Assembly (NCBI GenBank): GCA_963713045.1
Contig: CAVQKE010000006.1
Coordinates: forward strand, 224,001 to 288,000
From: an uncultured delta proteobacterium
GTDB lineage: Bacteria > Myxococcota > Myxococcia > Myxococcales > Myxococcaceae
Direction of reading: 5' to 3'
Length of the DNA stretch: 64,000 nt
The notes under the pieces are model-generated. The model saw only the letters and a program-made list of their open reading frames with translations. It ran no database searches and was not told where the DNA came from. Both the position numbers and the translations under genes were made by a program. The first letter of the stretch is position 1. Each line of letters begins with the position of its first letter. Below, piece by piece: positions 57,174 to 64,000 of the stretch.

Positions 57174-57872
57174 ATGCACATTGTTTCTCACCTCAAACAG
57201 GCCCTCACCGGACTTCACGCCTCGTGGGTGATGTGGCTCCTGATGCTTCTTTCCATCGCCAGCCTCGTTCTCATCATCGAGCGGCTGTTCTTCTTTCGCT
57301 CCATTCGGGACGATGTCGGCGGCCTCGCCCGTGAGCTGGATGAGCTATTGCGCGCGACACGCTACCGGGACGCCATCCACCGAATGCGGAAGTCCAAGTC
57401 GGCGGAGGCGAGCGTCGTGCTGGCAGGCCTGCTTCATGCGGACATGGGCCCGCTCTCGGCCCAGGAGGCGATGGAGGGTGCTGAGGCTCTCGAGCGGATG
57501 CGACTAGAACGGGGGCTCGCCTTCCTCGGCACGTTGGGAAACAACGCCCCCTTCATCGGTCTTCTGGGAACGGTCATCGGCGTCATCGAAGCCTTTGAGG
57601 TGTTGGGGACCACCGACGCCTTGAGGGCGACGGCCGGCTCTTCCGCCACCATCATGACGGGGATTTCCGAGGCGTTGGTAGCGACGGCGGTTGGCCTGTT
57701 TGTCGCCATTCCAGCCGTCGCCGCCTTCAACTATTTCCAGCGCCGGATTCAGTCCACGCTCGCCAACACCGAGGCGCTGTCCAAGGTGCTGCTCGCGCAC
57801 TTGAACGCTGAGGTGGCCCCCAATCCGCCGCGCGTCGAGGACCCAGCGACTGCCGTCCAGGGAGGTGCGTGA
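57174..57872 (+). CDS. exbB: MotA/TolQ/ExbB proton channel
   Basis: LGTLGNNAPFIGLLGTV.G and GISEALVATAVGL.VAIPA motifs. Confidence 0.92.
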   Translation: MHIVSHLKQALTGLHASWVMWLLMLLSIASLVLIIERLFFFRSIRDDVGGLARELDELLRATRYRDAIHRMRKSKSAEASVVLAGLLHADMGPLSAQEAMEGAEALERMRLERGLAFLGTLGNNAPFIGLLGTVIGVIEAFEVLGTTDALRATAGSSATIMTGISEALVATAVGLFVAIPAVAAFNYFQRRIQSTLANTEALSKVLLAHLNAEVAPNPPRVEDPATAVQGGA

Positions 57873-58308
57873 GGTGGCCGCCAACGGCAACGGGTCGAAT
57901 CAGATGATTTCTGGCATCAACGTCACGCCGTTGGTGGACATCATGCTGGTGCTGCTCATCATCTTCATGGTGACGGCGAAGTTGGTCATTGCTCCGGCGA
58001 CTGCGCTTCCTCTGGAGCTCCCGAAGGCCGCGAGTGGAGAGGCGACGCAGATTATTTTCTCCGTCGGTCTTCTGCCCGATGGGAGCACCACGGTGAATGG
58101 GCAAAAGGTGGCGAGCGACGACGCCATTTTGCCGCTGGTGCGTGCCGAGCGAGCAGCCCACCCGGACCTCAACGTTGTCATTCAGGCCGACGGACACGTC
58201 TACCACGAGCGTGTCATCCACGTGATGGACCTCTTGGCGCAAGCGGACGTCACCCACATCGCCTTTGGGGTTGTCGTGCCCAGTGGCGCCTCTCCCCGGC
58301 CCCCATGA
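57865..58308 (+). CDS. exbD: ExbD/TolR biopolymer transporter
   Basis: INVTPLVDIMLVLLIIFMVT and I.AD..V....V..VMD motifs. Confidence 0.93.
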   Translation: MREVAANGNGSNQMISGINVTPLVDIMLVLLIIFMVTAKLVIAPATALPLELPKAASGEATQIIFSVGLLPDGSTTVNGQKVASDDAILPLVRAERAAHPDLNVVIQADGHVYHERVIHVMDLLAQADVTHIAFGVVVPSGASPRPP

Positions 58309-59081
58309 CTGTGTCGGTCGACCGTCGACCACTTCGCTACCCCATTCCGCCGGGCTCACTGGGCCCGCGGCCGGGGCCCTTTTACGCAAAGTGGCTGGGA
58401 CGGGACGAGGAGCGCCCGTGGCGCGTCGTTTCGGCGGTCGCCATCGCCCTGCTGGTGCATGCCGTTCTCATCGGCTTGAGCCTACGGAGTGAGGCGGCCC
58501 CGACCGCGCCTCCTCCGGTGGTGCTGACCCAAAGCGTCACATTGGAGAAGCCGCCGCCCCCTCCGCCTGAGCCGCCCCCGCCCCCGCCAGCCCGCCGAAA
58601 GCCAGAGAAGGCTCCCGCCGCGGCTGCGGCGGGGAAGGTCGTTGCCGTGGCTCCGACGCCAGACCGTCCACTGGACATGACCGGTTTCGACATGGTGATT
58701 GGAAAGGGAAACGTGTACGCCGGCGGCGTCACTGCCTCGACGGGAACCAGTTTGACGGCAGTCACCGACGTCCACGCGGCTGCTCGCGGAACGGGCGTCA
58801 GTCAAGCGCGCCTGGCGGCACCAGCGCGCACCGATTGGGCCTGCGCCTGGCCCCAAGAGGAGGAAAACACGGACCTAAAGAGCGTCCGTGTCCTCATCGC
58901 CGTGCACGTCGACCGCGATGGGGAGCCCCAAGGTGTCGACATTCTCGGCCCGGCGACCCCCACCTTCGAGCGGGCGGCTCGGCACTGTGCACTGAGCGAG
59001 ACCTATGTCTTTGCGCGGGATGAGTCTGGCCGCGCCATTTCTGGAACCACCCCGCCGTTCTCGGTGCACTTCTTCCGATGA
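58305..59081 (+). CDS. TonB-like energy transducer
   Basis: TM with SxxxxxxxH-like motif, Pro-rich linker, degenerate TonB C-terminal domain. Confidence 0.8.
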   Translation: MTVSVDRRPLRYPIPPGSLGPRPGPFYAKWLGRDEERPWRVVSAVAIALLVHAVLIGLSLRSEAAPTAPPPVVLTQSVTLEKPPPPPPEPPPPPPARRKPEKAPAAAAAGKVVAVAPTPDRPLDMTGFDMVIGKGNVYAGGVTASTGTSLTAVTDVHAAARGTGVSQARLAAPARTDWACAWPQEEENTDLKSVRVLIAVHVDRDGEPQGVDILGPATPTFERAARHCALSETYVFARDESGRAISGTTPPFSVHFFR

Positions 59082-61669
59082 TGAGATTCCTTTTGGCGCG
59101 CGCTTGGCTTTTGGCACTGCCGGTTGGGCAGGCGGCGCTGGCACAAAGCATCTCTCCGCCCGAGGTTCTCGAAAACCCAGCGGCGCTTTACCCAGCCGCC
59201 CACACCGAGGCGGCCACGGTGACGCTGCTTGTCACGGTGCAGCCGGATGGGAGTGTGCAGGAGCCGGTCGTCGTCAGCAGCGGGGGCGCGGACTTTGACG
59301 CCGCAGCCATCGCCGCGGTGAAGCAGTGGAAATTCCGGCCGGCGCTTCGGGACGGAGTTCCCTATCCAGCGCGAATTCGCATTCCCTTCGTCTTCCAGCC
59401 GCCCCCGGTGACTGCGCCGGGGGCCAAGCCGGATACGCCCACTGCGCAAGCGGCTGCGCCCGCAGGAGCGCCGGTGATTGCGCCTGCAGCGCAGCCTCCG
59501 CCGCCGGTGGTGCCGGCGCCGCAGCCCTCACCCTTCGTTGCGCCAATTCCTCCACCCGCGGCCGGCCCAGGGACTGCCCAACCCAGCGTCAATGAGGTCA
59601 ACGTTCGTGGAGCGCCACGGCCGCCGAGCGTCGGCGCGAGTGACTTTCAAATTGAAGTTGGCCAGATGGCGAACCTGGTCGGAAACACCCCGGAGGGCCT
59701 ACTGGAACTGGCTCCCGGAATTTTTATCGGAAATGAAGGCGGCGCCGGTCACGCGGACGAGGTCATTCTGCGAGGATTCGATTCCCCACAAGGCCAAGAC
59801 ATTCAATTCACGGTCAATGGGGTTCCCATCAACCAAGTCGATAATCCGGACGCCCACGGCTACGCCGATACCCATTTCATCATTCCGGAGCTGGTGCAGA
59901 GCCTGCACGTCATCGAAGGCCCGTTCGACCCCCGTCAAGGGGACTTCGCAGTGGCAGGAAGCGCCGACTACCAGCTGGGCGTCTCAGACCGCCAGCTGAC
60001 TGGGCAATTTCAATTCGGCTCCTTCAATACACAGCGTTACCTCCTCCTTTGGGCGCCCGCGGGCGAACGCGACGGCACCTTTGCCGCGGTGCAATTTACA
60101 ACCACCGACGGCTTCGGGACCAACCGAGCGGCGACCAGCGCCAGCGCGATGGCCCAATACGAAGGCGAACTCGGCGCACACGGCCTGTGGCGTGTGCTCG
60201 GTACGGCCTATGCGACCCACTACAAGAGCGCCGGGGTGATAAGCCAAAACGACCTCGCCATTGGCGCCGTCACCTATTACGGCACCGAAGACGCGAGTCA
60301 GGGAGGCGATGCCCAACACTATTCCTTGTCGTTTCAGCTGATTGATCCGATCCAGAGTGGGGTGCTCACCCAGAATGCTTTCATCATCTACAACGGCGTC
60401 CGCATCCTGGAGAATTTTACCGGGTTCCTGCTCGACCCTGTCCTTCAGGGTCAAACCTACCATCCACAGCGGGGCGACGGCATCCTTCAGCAATTCACGG
60501 ACATCACCGCCGGGTTGAGTGGCTCGTACCGCTTGGAGCGAAATCTCTTTGGGTTCAACCAGTCGCTCGAAGTCGGTTACTACGCGCGCTACGACCACAC
60601 CACCCCAGAGATTCAACGGGTCAAATTCGGAACAGAAATTCCATACGAATACCAGCAGGACTTCATCACCGACATTTTCAACGTTGCTGGGTATGCCGCT
60701 CTTGCCTTGCAGCCGATTCGGCCCCTCAAAATTCAAGCCGGGCTGCGTTTCGAGTACTTCGACTACAACGTCCTCAACCTCTGTTACTTGCCACTCGAGT
60801 ACGTGGAGCACAGCGGCCAGACGAACGTCATTTGCGGAACGATTGACCCGGAAGGAGGGGCCCGCCTCCCGGACCAGCGCACGACGGCCACGGCGCTCGT
60901 CGCAGAGCCTAAGGTTTCGGTCTTTTATGATTTGCCCTTCAACTTAACTGCCACCGCTAGCTACGGCCTAGGCGCCCAATCCCTGCCGGCCAATTACGTT
61001 CTTCAGGACGAGCAAGCGCCATTCTCGGCAATCCGCGCGGCAGAAGCTGGATTGATTTACCACGAAATCTGGCCGACCTTTCAAGCGAGTGCGCGGGCGC
61101 TCTATTTCTATACGCACGTCGGCCAGGACCTCATCTTCAATCCCGATTTGGGGGTGTTGGCCCTTTCAAGTGGGACCACTCGGCAAGGAGTCGTCGCCGC
61201 GACTCGACTCACGGGTCGATGGATAGACGAGTCCCTGACTTTTACCTACGTCTACGCGACGTTTGACAACGACCACTCGCTGGTCCCCTACGTTCCGAGC
61301 GTGGTCGCCCGCTCGGACACGGTTGTCTTTGGGCGGCTTCCCTGGAGGCTCGCGGACCACGCCTTCACGGGCACCGTTGGCCTGGGCCTCAACTACATCG
61401 GGGTCCGCGCCCTGCCCCTGGGCCAATCGTCGAGCCCGACGTTCGTTGTCAACGCCTCAGCCAGCCTGCGCTGGAGCTTCATCAACCTCAGCGTGAACCT
61501 TCAGAACCTTTTGAATTCGCGATACCCCGCCAGCGAATTCTTTTACGCGTCTTACTTCCAACATCAGCCTTACCCCACCTTGACTGCCAGTGAGCATTTC
61601 ACGGCCGCCTCACCGTTCTCGGTCCTCTTTGGAGTGGCCATCATCCTCGACAAGGAGTCCGACCGATGA
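59078..61669 (+). CDS. TonB-dependent receptor with N-terminal TonB_C domain
   Basis: FD.AA..AVKQW.F.PA; plug LRGFD...G.DI...V.GVPIN...HGYAD.HFIIPE; NL.NL.N..Y barrel end. Confidence 0.93.
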   Translation: MMRFLLARAWLLALPVGQAALAQSISPPEVLENPAALYPAAHTEAATVTLLVTVQPDGSVQEPVVVSSGGADFDAAAIAAVKQWKFRPALRDGVPYPARIRIPFVFQPPPVTAPGAKPDTPTAQAAAPAGAPVIAPAAQPPPPVVPAPQPSPFVAPIPPPAAGPGTAQPSVNEVNVRGAPRPPSVGASDFQIEVGQMANLVGNTPEGLLELAPGIFIGNEGGAGHADEVILRGFDSPQGQDIQFTVNGVPINQVDNPDAHGYADTHFIIPELVQSLHVIEGPFDPRQGDFAVAGSADYQLGVSDRQLTGQFQFGSFNTQRYLLLWAPAGERDGTFAAVQFTTTDGFGTNRAATSASAMAQYEGELGAHGLWRVLGTAYATHYKSAGVISQNDLAIGAVTYYGTEDASQGGDAQHYSLSFQLIDPIQSGVLTQNAFIIYNGVRILENFTGFLLDPVLQGQTYHPQRGDGILQQFTDITAGLSGSYRLERNLFGFNQSLEVGYYARYDHTTPEIQRVKFGTEIPYEYQQDFITDIFNVAGYAALALQPIRPLKIQAGLRFEYFDYNVLNLCYLPLEYVEHSGQTNVICGTIDPEGGARLPDQRTTATALVAEPKVSVFYDLPFNLTATASYGLGAQSLPANYVLQDEQAPFSAIRAAEAGLIYHEIWPTFQASARALYFYTHVGQDLIFNPDLGVLALSSGTTRQGVVAATRLTGRWIDESLTFTYVYATFDNDHSLVPYVPSVVARSDTVVFGRLPWRLADHAFTGTVGLGLNYIGVRALPLGQSSSPTFVVNASASLRWSFINLSVNLQNLLNSRYPASEFFYASYFQHQPYPTLTASEHFTAASPFSVLFGVAIILDKESDR

Positions 61670-62469
61670 GTTGGAAGGTCGCTGTGTCGGTGATGGCCGT
61701 GGTGGTGGCTGGCGGCTGCTCCAATCGAACTGCGGGCAACCTCTTTGAAGCTTCCTTTTCCATCGGTGGGCTCCAGCGTCCCGACGCAGGCCCTCTTTTC
61801 TTTACCACCGAGCTGGGCTGGGCGGTCGAGTTGGACGCGGCAAAGATTGATTTGGGTCCGTTCTATTTCAACATCGACCCACCCAATACGGGGGAATTCC
61901 GCGACGGCGTGGTGATCGCGGAGTCCCTCCGCCAAGTGACTGTGGACACGCTGAATCCAGCCCTGGTCCCCGTCACCGATGGCGTGAGCGGACAAACTGG
62001 CGCGGGCGCAGGCCCGGCGGTGGCGGTCGAGATCGAGCTCTTTCCCCCGGACAGCACCATCACCGACCCAGACGTGGGGGGTCCTGCGAAGAATGCCACT
62101 GCCTACCTCGCCGGTGTGGCTTCCATGGGAGTGACGCAAGTGCCCTTCGAAGGGTGGGTGATTATCGATTCGAGTTTAGCGTCGGTTGACACTCCATTGC
62201 CGTGGATACAACGCGTGAACGGGGCGGAGTGCGACCTGAATTTCGTCACCAGTCCTTCGCTGCTGACGTTGCAGGTTGACCCGACCACCTGGTTCAACGG
62301 CGCGGACTTTGCGCAGCTGCTCCCGGCCCAAAGCACCGACGCCGGGACTGCAGACGGTGGCCCGGGTGGCCCCTACGGCTGGACGGTGGATTCTGCCTTT
62401 CAGGCCGCGGTGTTGAACAACATTCAGGCCACGACCGGTGTCTACGCCTTTGAGTTAACGCCCCAATGA
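61666..62469 (+). CDS. Lipoprotein associated with TBDR
   Basis: AGGC lipobox; ATGA coupling to the receptor. Confidence 0.8.
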   Translation: MSWKVAVSVMAVVVAGGCSNRTAGNLFEASFSIGGLQRPDAGPLFFTTELGWAVELDAAKIDLGPFYFNIDPPNTGEFRDGVVIAESLRQVTVDTLNPALVPVTDGVSGQTGAGAGPAVAVEIELFPPDSTITDPDVGGPAKNATAYLAGVASMGVTQVPFEGWVIIDSSLASVDTPLPWIQRVNGAECDLNFVTSPSLLTLQVDPTTWFNGADFAQLLPAQSTDAGTADGGPGGPYGWTVDSAFQAAVLNNIQATTGVYAFELTPQ

Positions 62470-62582
62470 GACGCCTTGGGCTGATTCAGCATTCGAGCAG
62501 TCGAACGCTCGAGCACAAGAAGCGAAGTGGCAGTGCGGTCAACGACATCGGGCTCAGAAGCTGAGCTCTCTAAGGAGAAGTC

Positions 62583-63899
62583 ATGAAGAGTCACAACAGG
62601 AAGCCAACAACCCGCTGGAGGGTACTGGGGACGAGCGTCCTTCTCTGTGCGGTTGCTGGCTGCAGTTCTGGGACGTCGAATAGCAACGCCCAAACGAATC
62701 CGTGCGACGCGGGCGCCGCCAACAGCGTAGGTCTTTGCACCAATTACGACCCCGGCTTCAACGCACAGACCAGCATCGCCAACAGCATTGGGGTGACGTT
62801 CTCTGGTGAGACGCTGGGAATTTCGGGACTGCCCTTCTGTCCGGCCAACCAGGGGGATCCCAACTTCGTCGATGGCTGGACCATGACCTTTAGCGAATAC
62901 ATCTTCATCGTGGCCAACGTGCGGCTCAACACCGACCCACTCTTGAATCAGACGTGGCAAGACATGGGTTCACAAGTGGCCATCAAGCCAGGGCCCTACG
63001 TCATCGACGCGCACCGAGCCGCCGGCTTTGTGGGCAAAGACGGCGTCGAGCCTGCCCAAGGGCTCTTCATCTGGACGAAGTTGGACAACGGGCAACCGTT
63101 TGACACCGCCGTCCGATACGCTTTTTCGTACGACGAAGTAGCAGCCAGCGCCAGCGTTCCCGCCACGTCCGTCAACCTCACGCCGGCTGAGTACCCTGAC
63201 TACGCGCTGATGGTGAAGTACGGATGGAATAAGCTGATTCGAGGCCAGGCCACGTACGTTGGCACCGGCGTCTATCCGGACGCTGGCGTTCAGGCGCAGT
63301 TTGCCGCCTTCCCGACCACGGTGAATTTCGCGTTTGGCTGGAATGACGCCACGTCGATGCTCAATTGCGTCAATTACGACTACAGCGCCTCGGAGGACAA
63401 CCTTGCGGACCGGGGCGTGCAGACCAACCCCGACGGCACATACATCGCTCAAATTACCATGCACACCGACCACACCTTCTGGGACAAGCTGCGGCAGGAG
63501 GGCGCGAACCTGAGGTTTGACCCGCTGGCTGCGTTCGCGCCCACCGCCGGCGGTACCTTCTGGATAAACAACACCCCTCAAACGATTGCCGCCACGTTTG
63601 GCGACGGAGTGACACCGCTCGCCGACCGGTCGCCCTATCAGCTGCAGTCCGGGTGTGTGAACGCGCCGCCCCCAGAGACGTGCACCGGGGGCGGGACGGA
63701 CGCCACTGGTTGTCCACTGGTCATTCTGAACGTGAACGGGACCACCGGGGTGCCGAATGCCGTGAATGCCTTCATGGCTTTCAGCGCACAGTCTCAGTCG
63801 CACCTCAACGCCCAGGGCCTGTGCTACGTGGTCGGCCAGCACGCCAACGACCCGTACTTCTCGCCGACGATTCAGGCCGTACCGGCGAACACGCCCTAA
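62583..63899 (+). CDS. Lipoprotein, putative substrate-binding partner of TBDR
   Basis: VAGC lipobox; TMHTDHTFW and HLN..GLC His motifs; AGGAG RBS. Confidence 0.8.
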   Translation: MKSHNRKPTTRWRVLGTSVLLCAVAGCSSGTSNSNAQTNPCDAGAANSVGLCTNYDPGFNAQTSIANSIGVTFSGETLGISGLPFCPANQGDPNFVDGWTMTFSEYIFIVANVRLNTDPLLNQTWQDMGSQVAIKPGPYVIDAHRAAGFVGKDGVEPAQGLFIWTKLDNGQPFDTAVRYAFSYDEVAASASVPATSVNLTPAEYPDYALMVKYGWNKLIRGQATYVGTGVYPDAGVQAQFAAFPTTVNFAFGWNDATSMLNCVNYDYSASEDNLADRGVQTNPDGTYIAQITMHTDHTFWDKLRQEGANLRFDPLAAFAPTAGGTFWINNTPQTIAATFGDGVTPLADRSPYQLQSGCVNAPPPETCTGGGTDATGCPLVILNVNGTTGVPNAVNAFMAFSAQSQSHLNAQGLCYVVGQHANDPYFSPTIQAVPANTP

Positions 63900-63950
63900 G
63901 GGAATGCTTCCGGAAGTCGGGCGTTTTTCAAGAAGGCGGTGGCCGGTGAC

Positions 63951-63976
63951 GACTCAGCTGTTGCCCCAGCTGAGTC
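63951..63976 (+). terminator. Hairpin after the TonB operon
   Basis: GACTCAGCTG-ttgccc-CAGCTGAGTC, 10-bp stem, no U-tract. Confidence 0.45.
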
Positions 63977-64000
63977 ACCCCGCCGCGGTTGCCCCGGCGC

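Overview
This is a GC-rich bacterial window, most likely Myxococcota, judging by the myxobacterial-type sigma/kinase pairs, a CglB-like vWA lipoprotein, a TonB_C-fused receptor and many DGG/DAG-rich lipoproteins. Bases ~1-16,020 form an accessory region punctuated by three same-orientation copies of a ~120-bp element. Each copy is a conserved ~73-bp arm plus the 3' two-thirds of a tRNA-Phe, and no integrase lies in the window. The cargo between copies is ArsR-SRPBCC, an HdeD-like protein, two Ser/Thr kinase-TPR proteins, an ECF sigma factor, secreted amidohydrolases and several gene remnants. The rest of the window holds: (i) a circularly permuted ATP-grasp / alpha-E / transglutaminase-DUF2126 cluster with an unusual GATase-II-transglutaminase fusion; (ii) a minus-strand cluster running from a tiny Gly/Thr-rich Trp-terminated lipopeptide, coupled to a ferritin-like diiron enzyme, through an outer-membrane protein, cupredoxin, zinc-finger kinase and sigma factor; (iii) housekeeping and stress genes (Fe-S D-lactate dehydrogenase-like, orn, dps, aguA/aguB, MocR); and (iv) an ExbB-ExbD-TonB-TBDR operon preceded by a DUF2946-like His/Cys leader ORF and a structured spacer. 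All family calls come from motif recognition by eye; no searches were run. Several frameshifts and one stop codon could be assembly errors.
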